From Mobula hypostoma (lineage: Eukaryota), in the NCBI RefSeq assembly GCF_963921235.1, contig NC_086107.1:34038001-34102000 (forward strand): DNA of 64,000 nucleotides. The letters are read 5' to 3'. Position numbers and translations under genes: made by a program. Under the pieces are notes generated by a model. That model did not search any database. It was not told the origin of the DNA and worked only from the letters and a program-made list of their open reading frames with translations. Positions within the stretch are counted from its first letter, which is position 1; each line of letters begins with the position of its first letter. Shown here one piece after another: positions 25,525 through 39,331 of the stretch.

Positions 25525-27790
25525 CCATAAGACCATAAAACCATAAGATGTAGGAACAGAATTAGGCCATTTGGCCCATCAAGTCTGTTCTGCCATTTCG
25601 TCATGGCTGATTCAATTTTCCTCTCGGATCCAGTCTCCTGCCTTCTCCCCATATCCCTTCATGCCCTGACCAATTCAAGAATCTATTAACCTCTGCCTTA
25701 AGTATACATAAAGCCTTGGCATCCGCAGCTGCCTGTAGCAAAGAATTCCACAGATTCACCACTCTCTGTCTAAAGAAATTCCTCCTCACCTCCATTCTAA
25801 AAGGATGCCCCTCTGTTCTGATGCTGTGTACTCTGGTCGTGGGCTCTTCCACTACAGGAGACATCTTCTCCACATCCACTCTATCAAAGCCTTTTGCCAT
25901 TCAATAGGTTTCAATGATATCACACCTCATTCTTCTGAAATCTAGTGAATACAGGCCCAGAGCCATCAAACGCTCTTCATATGACAAGCCATTCAATCCT
26001 GGAATCATTTTTGTGAACGTCCTTTGAACCCTCTCCAGTTTCACAATACTCCAAGTGAGTCTTCACCAGTGCTACATAAAGTCTCAACATTACATCATTG
26101 CTTTTATATTCTAGTGCTCTTGAAATAAATGCTAACATTGCATTTGCCTTCCTCATCAACCTGCAAATCAACCTTTAGGGAATCCTGCACAAGGACTCCC
26201 AAGTCCCTTTGTGCCTCTGTTTTTTGTATATTCTTTCCATTTAGAAAATAGAAATTTTTTCTACCAAAGTGCATGACCATACACTTCCCAACACTGTATT
26301 CCATCTGCTATTTATTTGTCCATTTTCCTAACCTGTCTAAGTCCATCAGTAGACAGTTTGTCCACCATTTCCTTGACCCCATTACTAGCTCTCCAGCATC
26401 ATTTTCCAGTGGTTTGAAATCCTCTCTTACCTCGCTTTAAGTACTGTATCTGAAGAATCTTTTGGTATCCTCTTTAATATTATTGGCTGGCTTACTTTCA
26501 TATTCCATCTTTTATTTCTTAATGACTTTTTTAGTTGCCTCCTGTTGATTTTTTAAAATTCCCCAATTCTCTAACTTCTCACTAATTATTGTTCTATTAT
26601 ATGCCTTCTCTTTGGCTTGTATGTTGGCTTTGACTGCTCTTATTAGCCATGGTTGTGTCATCTTGCCTTTAGAATACTTCTTCCTTTTTGATATGTATAT
26701 ATCCTGTGCCTTCCAAATTGCTTCCAGAAATTCCAGCGATTGCCTTTCTGCCATCATCCCTGCCAGTGTTGTTTTCCATTCAATTTCTGCCAACTCCTCT
26801 CTCATGCCTCTGTAATTCCCTTTACTCCACTGTAATACTGATACATCTGACGTTAGCTTCTCCTTCTCAAATTTCAGGGTGAATTCGATCATATTATGAT
26901 CGCTTCCCCTAAAGGTTCTTTTACCTTAAGCTCTCTAATCATTTCAGATTCATTGCACAACACACAATCCAGAATATTTGCTACTCTAGTGGGCTCAATC
27001 ACAAGCTGCTCTAAAAGGCCATCTCATAGGTGTTCTAGAAATTCATTCTCCAGCACCAACCTGATTTTCCCAATCTACCTACACATCAAAGTTCCCCATG
27101 GCTATTGTAATGTTGCCCTTTTGGCATGCATTTTCTATCTCCCGTTGTAATTTGTAGACCACGTCCTTACTACTGTTTGGGGTCTGTATATAACTCCCAT
27201 CAGGGTCTTTTTACCCTTGCAGTTCATTAGCTCTACCCACAACGATTCAATACCTTCCAACCCTATGCCACCTCTTTCTAATGATTTGATTCATTTTTTT
27301 ACTAACAGAGCCACGTCACCCCCTTTGCCTACCTGCCTGTCCTTTCGATACCATGTGTATCCTCGGACACTAAGCTCCCAGCTATAATCTTCTTACAGTC
27401 ATGATTCAGTGATACCTACAACATCATACATGCCAATCTGTCACTGTACTACAAGTTAAACTGCCTTATTCTATATACTGCTCATTCAACATCTTCAGTC
27501 TTGTATTCACCCTTTTCAATATTGTCTGCCTTTTCCATTGCCACTCATCCTGTTAACTGCAATTCTACACTGTCATCAGCCTCTCCTTTCTGGGAGTCTC
27601 ATTACAGATTACCTTTGTTTATAAGCTAACTACCTCATCCTCAGCACTATCACTCTGGGTCCCATTGCCCTGCCAAGCTAGTTTAAATCCTCCCAAACAT
27701 CTTTAGCAAATCTGCCTGCAAGGATTTTGTACCCCCTCAGGTCTAGGTATAACTCATCCCTTTTGTACACGCCGTATCTTCCCCAATTCA
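25525..27790 (-). mobile_element. Degenerate CR1-type LINE with internal deletions
   Basis: EN and RT C-terminal peptides in ORFs 26512-26892, 26104-26304 and 25601-25900; the 3' end has (TTATGGT)-type tandem repeats at 25525-25545. Confidence 0.85.
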
Positions 27791-30700
27791 ATTCACTCCA
27801 AGAAATGGCTGAGAGCACAGATATAGCAAAAGCTATGGACCATTCAACATCTCAGTTGTAACACCAAAGGCCTATGCTCCGAGTAGCTACAGTATATTCC
27901 TGGGCAGTTATAACTCTGGCATCTCTGCAATATTGTGAACAATTGCCAGGGTATTTCTCTCTTCACAAAGAACAGATCAATTCCAGCCCAGCTAATTACC
28001 ACCTACGTACTCTGCATTCAGTCACCAGCAATGTGATGGAAGCTGTCGTCAACAATCCTATCAAGTGGCACTTACACACCAGCACCCTATTGAACGATAC
28101 CCAGTTTGGGTCCTGCCAAAACCACTCAACACCGGACCTCATACAACCTTGGTCCAAACATGGGCCAATTTTCTGAATTCCTGAGGCAAGCTGAGAGCTA
28201 CTGTTCTTGCTGTTAAGACTAGTAAAACACTCATGAAGTTGGAGTCATACCTCACAAAAAGAAAAATGTTTGAGGTTGTAGGATCAGCCCACCTTAGGAC
28301 ATATCTGCCAGCGTTCCTCAGGACTATACGCTAGGTTTAACCATCATCATCTCTTTCATCAGTGACCATTCTTTCAACATTAGGTCAGAAGAGGAAATGT
28401 TGCTCATGATTTCACCATTCACAACTCGTCATCACACAAGGCAATCTATAACTGCAGCAAATCTAGACAACACTTGGGATAAGTGGCAAGAGCCATTCAT
28501 GGCATAGAAGGACCAGACACTGACCATCCAAGACTCTAAGTACCCACCATTGACAAAAACTGGCATTACCATCACCAGATTTCTCATCATCAATACACTG
28601 GGGGCCATCATCAATCAGAAACCAACCTGAAGTAGAGATGTAAGAGCAAGTCAGAGACTGAATAATCTGGGGCAAGCATAAGCCTCTTTCTTTAACTTTA
28701 AAGTGTTCCTTGCTTTCCAAGGAAGACTACAATTAATAATTTTATTCCATCATCCCACACCTCCAAGCCTAATATTCACAACTCAATTTGCATTGCCCTT
28801 TGTTGATTTTTTGAATTTTTTAATCACCAAATTCAAACCTTTTCTAATCATTACACTTCCAAATCATGATGAAAACTGCAAAGAATAGTATGTGCAGAAA
28901 ATCTAGCAAGTCAGGTCTTTTAGAATCTTTATGTGGTGTTAGTAACAGTCTCTTTCACAGGAGAGATGTGTCTAAAACTACAGGGTACCAGTTTAAAGTG
29001 AGAGGGGAAGAATTTAATGGTGACCTGAGGGTTTTATTTTTCAGAGGTTGGTGGGTGTATGAAACAAGCTGCCACTGGAAATGATAGAGGCAGATACAGT
29101 TATAAGGTGCAAGAGACATTTGGACAGGGATAGGAAGGGTTTAGCGGGACATATGGGACTAGCTCAAATAGGCAACTTGGTCAGTATGGACAAGTTGAGC
29201 TAATGGGCCTGCTTCTGTGTTGTTTAACTCTACTAGTAGCTTACCTCCTGGCACTAAGCAGGCATTCCTCCATTTACTAAGCACACATCAGGAGTGTGAT
29301 GGAATACTCTACATGCCTGGATGTGTGCAGTGCCACAACCCTCAAGAAAATCAATGTATTCGGTGGCCCATTTGATTGACATCCCATCAACCACTCAAAA
29401 CAATTGTTCCCTCCATTGCTGATATTGTGACAGGCATGTACCATCTTCAAAATGCCCTGCACTGCAGTAGCTCACCCAGTCTGCTCTGACAGCACCTCAT
29501 AACAAGGTTAAGGCAGCAGGTTAAAAGGAAACACGGTCATTTGTAGGTTCTCTTCAAATCACTCCCCAACCTGATATGGAAGTATATCACTGGACCTTTG
29601 TTGGTACTCATTGTAGGTACTGGAAGTTTTTCCAGTCACAGTATAACTGTTGAAGTTCAGTCACTGAGAATATTTAATATGGAGATCAATGAATGTTTAG
29701 ATGTTAAATGAATCAAGGAATCTGAAGTCAGTGCAGGGGAGTATCACTGCGGTAAAGCTTTATCCATGATATCATTGAATGATCGAGTAGACAGGAGAGG
29801 CTGAATAACTTAGTTCTGCTTTTATCTTCTGATAGTCTACCATCAACAGAATGGTCTCTTCAGTGTGCAAATGAGACTTTGTCACTACAAGAACTGTCTG
29901 GAAGTCACGGGCAGAAAGATCTGTAACGTGTAGATTGATGAGGATAAGGTCAATTTGGTTTAGCCCTCATACTGGTGTATTAACTGCCTCTGCAGACCTA
30001 TCACATATCCACTTTGGCAGCTGTGTCTGAAGGATCCAGCTAATCCAGTCCAAATTTCTTCCCAGGCTACTTCAAAGGCCAGATAAGACATGTAGAGCAG
30101 TTATTAGTAAACCGTTGTGTATTTACATCAACCTGTTAGCTTCATGTTTATCATTATTGGGGCTTGTCTTTTATTTAATCCAGACCTTTAAATTACAAGA
30201 CCAATAATTTAATCAGACACTCCTGATCCTAACTGCAGAATTTGTCATTAAAGGAACAAAGGAATAGAGCAAATATCCTTCATGTTTGTTCAAGTTGAAC
30301 TAAGTATTGAATCATCTAACTTGAAGTGCTTAAGGTGATTGCTAGAAAATTCTCAAGAAACATGCATGAAAAATATGGAAGAAAACAACTAAATGAAATA
30401 AGTCAAAGACAGTGGAAGTAGACAAATCAAATGTCTTTATTCTTGCCATGTGGTGGAAGGAATGGAGGTTGCCATTTTGTGAGACTGATCTGCAACCTCT
30501 ATTTTGTTGACAGGTTGCACTTAGGAATAGCTGGAACAAACCACTTAAAAGTGGACACAATGAGGTCCCTACTTATAACCTACTGATAACCTACTGATAA
30601 CTAGAGGTAATATCCAAATAAGAATTAGTGATGTTTCTTTGATAAGATAGAACATTCATGTTTATGAATGTGCATGCTCTGTCTGTGACCTGAGGTAACC

Positions 30701-33700
30701 TGAATCTAGGAACTGGTTGATCTGTCTCAACTGCTCTGATTCAGGGAGAACAAAGAAAAAGACATTAATACAAGCCATTACTTGTAAGAAGACTATAAAC
30801 TGAATCTGACACACATTAGCCAGATAGACCAGAATCAAAACACAACATTTTGAACTGGTAAGGAAAGAGAATAGGAATGACGGGAAACAGCAAGAAGCCT
30901 GGAGACTAACTATTGGAAGGAAGACCTTCCCCCCACCATGCCAGGAGCAGGGGTAAGAAGGATCAATCATTTGGTTAATGGGAGATCCCATTGCATAATA
31001 AATTGGAGTGGTGATCTGAGTGAGTATTGGTACAAAGGGAACAATAGCATTCATAACATAAATTGTTGGCCTGAGGTCAACATAGTTATGTTAATATTTG
31101 GGTAGAGACAGTAAAGTGCAAGCTTTGAATTAATTAAAAGTTGCGTAATGAATTCCTAACCTAGGTCATTTTGTGATAGATTCACACAGCAGTGGTGAAG
31201 GAGCATTCTTCCTGGATTCACTGTCCCATTTAATGTTCCCCACGCTCACTATCCCTGCTTTGTGATTGTCTTCTTTTCCGAACATGGGTATTGGATCCAA
31301 CCAATATCTTGATGTAAGAGACAGCACATAGCAGTAAGGGAACAGCAATTGTAGGTCACCAGTCGCAATGAAATGAGACCCTAAGCAAATTCTGTTCAGG
31401 ACATAACAAATAAGACCTCTGCGAGTCTAAGGGATCTGAGGTATAGATGTCATTCTGTTTTCTGCAGCCAACTTTCTCAGTCACAAAACATCACTTGAAT
31501 TGTAGAAATGCCGAATACATCATTGGTGCTGTAAGTTACAAATTACTCATAACCAACTATTTGAAAGTTTGAAATCTTTATTTTAAAAAACCAGAGCAAA
31601 TTTTGACAGAATACATTTCAATACACAGAATTTTCAAAATGCATGCTGAGGCACGTTCATCATAACATCCTCCACAAGCTGCAATAATCCACAAAATGAT
31701 AATGAAGGATATTCAACTCGAGACATTTACTCAATTTCTCTCATAACAGATAATGAATGACCTGCAGGGTAACTCCAGAACTTTTTGTCTTTTTTATGAG
31801 CTGCCTAACATCTTCTATGACCTTTAGATAAATAGATGCTGTGAATAAACACTGATCCTATTAATTAACATTGAAAACTGTTTTTGACCTATTGAATATT
31901 GATTAATTTCAAAATTTGCTTTGTATCCGAGTGAAATGCTAAAAACAGAGATGATAAACTAACACTACAGACTGCACTACAAGTACATCTAATCACCGTG
32001 GCTCTTATGAGCACTGTATTCAACAAAATAGATATAAATTCCATATGTGTCTTTAAAAAAGAGCAACAGACAAGCTGCTGGAGAAACTCAGCAAGTCAAG
32101 CAACTTCTGTGGTAGGAAAGGAGTCGTTGATATTTTGAGTCAAAATCCTGCATTACAGCTCCGTATTCTCCAAAAAAGTTTATCAATGCGAGATTATCCA
32201 TTACTTTAACAAAATTAATGAATTACATTTGTCATAAAATACAAACTACCTAAAGAGAACCATGTGTATTGCCCATTACCAAATCAGATTTCAGCTGAGA
32301 ACAATTAAAATTTGCATTGTCCTCATGCAATAAAGGATATTTGTTTTTTTTCCCCCTTAATCACATTCTTTCAGTCCTTCAGTAGAGCAATAACATTAAC
32401 TTGTGTGCACATTACTTGTAAGAGCCTCCTTCCAGCTTTTTGATGCCAATACACTACTATAATCACCACCTATCTGAAGACTCCAATGGTTGTATTCAGT
32501 TAGTTCTTGATTTTACATTGCAGGACATGGTTAAACACGAATGTGCTAATATTTATTTTTTGGGATCTGGTACGTTTATATTTCTTTTCAGAGTAATCGA
32601 AGGAAAATACACTGGCACTAAGAAAAGAATTCTCTACTAAGTAAATAAAGTATTTGTGACACACTATATTTGTATTCTGGGCCTAACTCTATTCCTCTGA
32701 CATTACAAGATGTGATCTTCTTTTATATTTAGATGTTAGGACATTTATCACACATGGCCAAATTTTTAAAAGCTCTTTGCCACATCTCCAAACATGCTAA
32801 TGGTATATGCTGTCTGCAATTTATTGTGTTCGTAAAAGCCTACTAATAGAAGTGTAGCTCAGCTTTCAGAACCAGAAATTATTTAACTGTAGGTGCTGGT
32901 TGTCATTTTAAAAGAAAAATATCCAGAGGCAAAAATAATGTTGCAATGTAATATCTATACAAAGTATGATATAAACTACAAAAAAAAACAATAAAAACAC
33001 TAGCAGATCTCCTACGAAGTTAATAACAATGAAACAAAATGTTCCAAGAATGGTATCAGAAATTGACAGCAAAACTATATATAAAAACTTAGGAGAATCA
33101 AACTTGCTGCTGCCTATTTTGGGACCCAGACCCAGTGCTATGGAAACAGCACATGTTGAAGCAAGAGGCCTGAGTGTTGGAAGTAGTCATTTCTCAATGC
33201 TGAGCTGGACAATGGTGAAGCTCTGTCAGTGCTCCCCATGCTTTCATAGGTCTTTATGCTCTCCTGATGGGAAGGATCACTTTGAGCCATTGGATTAGTA
33301 TTGGCTGCAGTAATCACTGGCTGCATTTATCTTCCATTTTCATTATGAAATAATAACATAAAATTTAAAAGCAGCCAAATACATATTTTTCAAGGAAATA
33401 AGGACACCTATTCAGAGAAGCATCATAATACAGTACATCACCATTGACTTTTGTGGTGTCAATCAACCAGCACTGAGGATCATCATCATTATCCTTCCAA
33501 CAATAAACATGTTTGGTTGATTTTGAAATATTTTAATTTAGCACTCAGGAAATAAAACATGAATAGTTCAATGGTTCAACTTAATAACTAAGGATGTATA
33601 CAGTATACAACCTGAAATCCTTTCTCTTCGAACACATCCACAAGAGAGAAACAAAAACAAAGAATGAATGACAGGAAAGCGTTAGAACACCAAAGCCCCA

Positions 33701-34199
33701 CCCACGCACGAGCGGCAGAAAAAGCATCTACACTCCCCCCCCACTTACATCAGCAAAAGCATCAGCCACCCCCCAACCCAAGCAATAGCAAACCCCCAGA
33801 GACCATGACTTCAAAAACGACTGTCCATCCTAACACTTCAACATCCCAACAGGCTCTCTCTCTCACTAATGAGGGAAAGAGAGTTATCTCTCCTTCATTG
33901 AAAAATTACCTCATCTTTCAGGCAGAGAATCTAACCAAAGTTCCTGCTTTCTATGATTACCGAACAAAATCCAAATACAGAAAGACTCACTGATTTGTGA
34001 TCACTTCCTGCTTCGATTACAGCTAAAACGTATGTTTATCAGCTGACCTTGCCCATCATACACTGACCCTATTCTCTTAATCACACCTCTGGGACGTCTT
34101 CAACATCAACTCTGTCTCCCAGATATGGCCACAATAAGCCACCACATTACAGACTGTTCCGTCTCCTGTGGTTAAAAAGACTTAGAACCAACTTCAAAT

Positions 34200-37100
34200 T
34201 CAGGAACTCAACTTAAAAAAAAGGGAATCATCATCTATTGAATTTATTGGATCATGTTGGCTGATTAATTCTTCTGGTACAAATGGACCTGGTTCATTTT
34301 TCAATTCATGGTTCACATCCATAAACCTCTGTAAATACTTTGAAGTATACAGCCAGTGGTGCTTCAGAATATCTTCCAACTCATAGCTCTTAGACTGCCT
34401 TGCATTCATTTTTCTGAAACGCCGAAAGAGTTTGTTGCCTGATTCATTTCCTTCACTTGCCCATGCCCCAATAGAGCCATCCCTTTCAATGATCTCAGGG
34501 ACGTGAGCCAAAGTCTTATGAAGGTAGTTGGTGATCTTGCCATCGTACCTGTACTTGAACTCTGTATGAAGCAGTTCTGCAAATCTCTGGGAATGAAAGC
34601 TGTATTGACAAAGAAGTTCAGGGCACTCTCTGAGTGGGAATGTGGATCGCCACACAGGTTTCATAAGAGTGTAAAGATGCATCAGCTCCCTGAGAATCTC
34701 TCGTCTTTCTTCGGAGGGAATCAATTCACAAACTGCTTCCACAGTCTCATTAGTCATTAGTTTCCTTGCAAAGTTTCCATTCATCCTCATGACCGGTTTC
34801 AGGTTCATCTTTTTTCTTAGATGTTTATCGAGCATTGCTTGCCACCTTTTCTTTTCCTCCTTAGGTGGATTTGGATTTTTGTGCACCTCCCCAATCTCAT
34901 CCTGGAACAGCTTGAAGAACTCTGTTGCATTCCCAATATCACAATGCAAAGCATCTATGGAGGGCAGTGTTTCAATGAATGCTTTTGCTGAAACCCCTTT
35001 CACTCTGTCGCGTAACTGTTCAGCTGTCTCATGATATGGATTTGTGCGCCAAATTTCATAGCGCTCTAAGTTCTCTTCGTGGCTCCTTGTTATAGAGTGA
35101 AAGATCAGATTTTGCGAAGCGTCACTTCGAGTGCAATCACATAACGTACACACGTACGTAGAGCCTGAAGCTTCAAGGCCTTCGACTTCACGAACCAGCT
35201 TCTCATCATACCCTGTGCCTCTAAAGACAATCTGGAAGGATCTAGGTATTTCTGCAATTTCAAGGATTAAGTCACTGTGTTTCATTGCTTCCCTTTCTGT
35301 GATTAGTGGACCCAATATTGCCGTCAAAGTTTCATGGTCAGATTCATCTGCCAGCATCAAGCAAAGAGGCTTGCAGCACAATTCAGAATTTGGCTTCAGC
35401 TCTTCAAATACTTTCACCTTCTCATTATTTTCATTCGCTACACTTATACTCATGATTGTAAATGAATACCTCACTGCCTTTTCTGGAACTGAAGGACCAC
35501 ATCCATGTTTTTCACTAACATCTCCCATTCCATCACAAGATTCTTTGATTACTACAGTGAAAGGTCCACCCACATACTCATCTATATTTTTGAGTTTTAA
35601 ACCTTCCAAAATATGATCCTCAAGATCCTTCAGTGCTGAAACAATCGCCACATCGTACCTAAATCTTCTCGAAATTGTTTCCAATGGGTAATCGTCAACA
35701 CATTGTGCCCAGCCACATGTACCATCTATTATTCCCACTTCAGTGTTGGTGGAGACATTTGCAAGAGGAGGCTCCCATTCAAATGAATAATAACCTGGCA
35801 ACAATGTTTTCTCTGTATTCCGGAGTGCATGCAGTGGTTGGAATATCTGCTTCCCAGTTGCTGCTTTGACCGTCTTATACATTTTATGATACTGACTGCA
35901 ACTCAGAAACGTACTAATCCTAATGGCAAGGCAGACTCCTGGCTTCAGCCCTGATCCATGACCTTGCATGAGAGCTTCCAGTTCATCTGCTTGTCTATGC
36001 TCATTTCCAGCTCTCAATGCCAGCAACAACAGAGTAAGGCATACTGACTTCACATCACCACCTTCCTCCTTTTCTGCAAATGCCTTAACCTGAAGTTTGA
36101 GATCTCGTAGACGATGTTTTTGAGCCCTGCGAGTTAGAGAGAGCAAATGTTGCCTAGGCCGGCCACCTTTGTTTATTGGTGAATAGCTCTGTGACATTCT
36201 TGTTTTTTTGTGATTCTGGGTGTGTTTGGGATATTCACCAAATCTTACCTCTTTTTCACAGGCTTCCACAGGACATTTTAGAACTAATGAATTGAGAACA
36301 CTTATGAATGATTTCACTGGACTTTTAAACTCTGCAGGATCACATGGAAACCTGCAAACTGGACAAAATTTTCCAAGTACTGTAGTGCATTTGAGAATGC
36401 ATGTTCTGCAGAAGAGATGCTTGCACAGTGACTGCACAGGGTCAACTAATAAATGTTCACAAACCTGGCATGACACTGACTGAATAAAGTTATTGGGATA
36501 ATCATGCAGAAGGACTTTTGAACTTAGATGCATCTTCTTGCAGTTCACAATCTTTTTAGCCAGTAAGATACTTGTTGAATTTATTTTATCTTTTCTTTTA
36601 ATAACTCTTGATTTGATAGGCACATCAACTGTTACTTTAGGCTTCTTGGTGCCTGGTGCACTCAGTTTGAGAACTTTGCGTTTACGTGTTCCACTTGCAG
36701 AGTTGCAAACATTGCAAAAACTGGAGTGTGGTTTCCACTGAACAATTGTGCTTACGGGAAAGAATGCATCTTCATTAGTTGGATTGTTAATTGTCTGAAT
36801 GACAATCCGCCAACAACTATGACAGAAGTGGGTGGGATGTCTGGCTTCTGAATCTGTCGTGACATCTACATTAAATGTATTGTGGATGAGTTCTGGCCAA
36901 AAACTGTTTCCATGCCCCATTTTCTTAAGAACCTCTTGTGTGACATGATCAACAGGGCCATTGACTGGGTACTTCATGTCATAACTGTTAGTATTAAAGG
37001 AAACTCCACAAATGCGGCAGAGATTTTGTAATTTTAACATGTGATCTTCTAAAGATTTTGTTTCCATTTGCATATGGTCATAGAACTTGGCTTTGGGGAG

Positions 37101-37364
37101 GCTGACATCTAAAGGCGTTTTCTCCAGGGACTTATCTTCCAAAGTCTTCTTGTCCAAGGGCAATGTTTCTAAAGACATAGCTCCCTGTGGCTTGATCTGA
37201 GGAGGAGTCATTTGCCACATCACACCACGGACAGGCAGAACAGCCTGTGACTCAAAAGCCTTTTCTGTTGAAATCTTGGCTTCTGTTTGGACATTTATTG
37301 CTGGCCTTGCTTCTGAGTTCTTGAAGTATTCTGGTATAATTTGCATAGGCACCTCCATTTCCAT
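34200..37364 (-). CDS. RAG1: V(D)J recombination-activating protein 1, single coding exon, 1054 aa
   Basis: RING finger ([19 protein letters not shown]), nonamer-binding domain ([21 protein letters not shown]), and catalytic triad D611 (ESCDGMGD), D720 (GYDEK), E974 (EGNESGNK). The ORF is uninterrupted. Confidence 0.99.
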   Translation of the reverse strand: MEMEVPMQIIPEYFKNSEARPAINVQTEAKISTEKAFESQAVLPVRGVMWQMTPPQIKPQGAMSLETLPLDKKTLEDKSLEKTPLDVSLPKAKFYDHMQMETKSLEDHMLKLQNLCRICGVSFNTNSYDMKYPVNGPVDHVTQEVLKKMGHGNSFWPELIHNTFNVDVTTDSEARHPTHFCHSCWRIVIQTINNPTNEDAFFPVSTIVQWKPHSSFCNVCNSASGTRKRKVLKLSAPGTKKPKVTVDVPIKSRVIKRKDKINSTSILLAKKIVNCKKMHLSSKVLLHDYPNNFIQSVSCQVCEHLLVDPVQSLCKHLFCRTCILKCTTVLGKFCPVCRFPCDPAEFKSPVKSFISVLNSLVLKCPVEACEKEVRFGEYPKHTQNHKKTRMSQSYSPINKGGRPRQHLLSLTRRAQKHRLRDLKLQVKAFAEKEEGGDVKSVCLTLLLLALRAGNEHRQADELEALMQGHGSGLKPGVCLAIRISTFLSCSQYHKMYKTVKAATGKQIFQPLHALRNTEKTLLPGYYSFEWEPPLANVSTNTEVGIIDGTCGWAQCVDDYPLETISRRFRYDVAIVSALKDLEDHILEGLKLKNIDEYVGGPFTVVIKESCDGMGDVSEKHGCGPSVPEKAVRYSFTIMSISVANENNEKVKVFEELKPNSELCCKPLCLMLADESDHETLTAILGPLITEREAMKHSDLILEIAEIPRSFQIVFRGTGYDEKLVREVEGLEASGSTYVCTLCDCTRSDASQNLIFHSITRSHEENLERYEIWRTNPYHETAEQLRDRVKGVSAKAFIETLPSIDALHCDIGNATEFFKLFQDEIGEVHKNPNPPKEEKKRWQAMLDKHLRKKMNLKPVMRMNGNFARKLMTNETVEAVCELIPSEERREILRELMHLYTLMKPVWRSTFPLRECPELLCQYSFHSQRFAELLHTEFKYRYDGKITNYLHKTLAHVPEIIERDGSIGAWASEGNESGNKLFRRFRKMNARQSKSYELEDILKHHWLYTSKYLQRFMDVNHELKNEPGPFVPEELISQHDPINSIDDDSLFFKLSS

Positions 37365-37377
37365 TAGAAAGTGATAT

Positions 37378-37397
37378 CTAATAGAGACATAAAAGTG
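37378..37397 (-). other. 3' splice site of the RAG1 coding exon
   Basis: Minus strand reads cttttatgtctctattAG|atatcactttctaATG, leaving 13 nt of 5' UTR before the start codon. Confidence 0.7.
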
Positions 37398-37807
37398 GAT
37401 TTTGATTAAAACAGGATCATTCCTTATGCTATTAATTTAAGACAGTCTGTTTTAATCATAGTTTAATTTAAAATACCTACATTCTAATTCAAAGCCTAAC
37501 ATTGTGCTTTTAATTTCAATGTTATTCTAACCTCATCCAATATGAGGAAGTTAAATATAGCATACTCTACATGGCAGGAATTTGTAGAGTTAAGTAAGTC
37601 ACTCTGTCAGACCGCAAAACAGCCTCTTACACTCTGTCTCCTTCGACTAAGTTACATTATGTTTATCTCCAAGGTTTTTTTGATGACCAAGGAAGAATTG
37701 AAAATGATAAACTTGTGTTCAAAAATGGGAGAAGGGTGAATCTGAAAATGACAAGCCTAGCCTTGGTGATAAAATTGCCTTTAAAAAAATAAGCCAGGAG
37801 AAAAATA

Positions 37808-39331
37808 CAGGTGTCCCCCGCTTTTCAAACGTTCGCTTTACGAAACATCACTGTTACGAAAGACCTACATTAGTACCCTGTTTTCACTAACAGAAGGTGC
37901 TTTCACTGTTATGAAAAAAGCAGCACACAAAAAAAGTCAGTGCGCGCCCTGCGCAGCCGCTCTCCCCCAGATTCGGAACAGCATTCTCGCCGACATTGCT
38001 TAAACACGTGCCTGTGAGCAGCCGTTAGCAAGATCAGTTCTATGGTATCGGAAAAGCCTGAAAGAGCTCGTAAGGGTATTACACTTAGCGTAAAACTAGA
38101 CATAATTAAGCGTTTTGATCGTGGTGAACGAAGTAAGGACTAAGTGAGTTTGGCTTGTGGAAGCTGACGAACATGATGTTGAAGAGGTTTTGGCATCCCA
38201 TGACCAAGAACTGATAGATGAAGAGCTGATGCAATTGGAAGAGGAAAGGATAACAATCGAAACCGAATGAGTAATGATAAAGCACGACTTTAATTTTGAA
38301 AGGGTACGTCAGTTTAGGGGATATTTGCAGGATGGTTTGAAAGCCTTCCACATCAGCTACAGCAGACGATGAACCTCGACCTTCTACATCGAGGCGGGAA
38401 GTCATAGGAGAAGATGAGCTGCCTGCTCTAATGGAAACAGACGACGAGATGACACCCCAGTGTCCCACCACCCCAACACCCAGGCTGCGGACAGAAACCG
38501 ATTCGCGGAGAATGCAGCAGTAGTCGGGAGACATACAGCACATCTTTAAGAAAAAAGCCGAAATAACATGCTAATTAATTAGGTGCAGCCTGACACGTAA
38601 TTGTCGCCCCAGATCAGAGGCGATGCAATCGGCAATTGGCACTGATCTGGGCCGACAATTACGTGCCGGGTGGCACCTAATTAATTAGCATGTTTATTTC
38701 GGCTTTTTTCTTAAAGATGTGCTGTGTGCCTACTAGCTACCACTGTACCCCTGCATGCTTCGCGGATCGGTATCGGTTCGCTGCCTGGAAGGTGGGGGCC
38801 ACTGCACCACCCCATCCTCCGACGACTCGGCCTAACACACCATCATCAGTGTGCTCCGTGCTTTCCCAATTCCGGTAAGTGATACTACACTGTACGTACA
38901 TTATTTCTACTTTACATCGACTGTGTATTTTTATGTGTTATTTGGTACGATTTGGCAGCTTCATAGCTTAAAGGTTACTGGAGAGCGCTTGCACCGTGTT
39001 TTTGCCAACGGCGCTTGCGTGAGACTTCCTGCTGAGAGCACTTGCGTGAGATTTTTGCTACGGAGAACAGTGCAGGCAATGGTTGTGGAAAAGTATTTCC
39101 ACTTTATATAAGCTGTGTGTTTATCATATCATTCCTGCTTTTGCTATATGTTACTGTTATTTTAGGTTTTATGTGTTATTTGGCATGATTTGGTAGGTTA
39201 TTTTTGGGTCTGCGAACGCTCACAAAATTTTCCCATATAAATAAATGGTAATTGCTTCTTTGCTTTACGACATTCCGGCTTACGAACCGTTTCATAGGAA
39301 CGCTCTACCTTCGGATGGCGGGGGAAACCTG
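37808..39331 (+). mobile_element. Tigger-like non-autonomous DNA transposon (1524 bp) upstream of the RAG1 coding exon
   Basis: TIR CAGGTGTCCCCCGC / GCGGGGGAAACCTG with TA TSDs (37806-37807, 39332-39333). Truncated transposase N-terminus MVSEKPERARKGITLSVKLDIIKRFDRGERSKD* from 38042. Confidence 0.9.
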
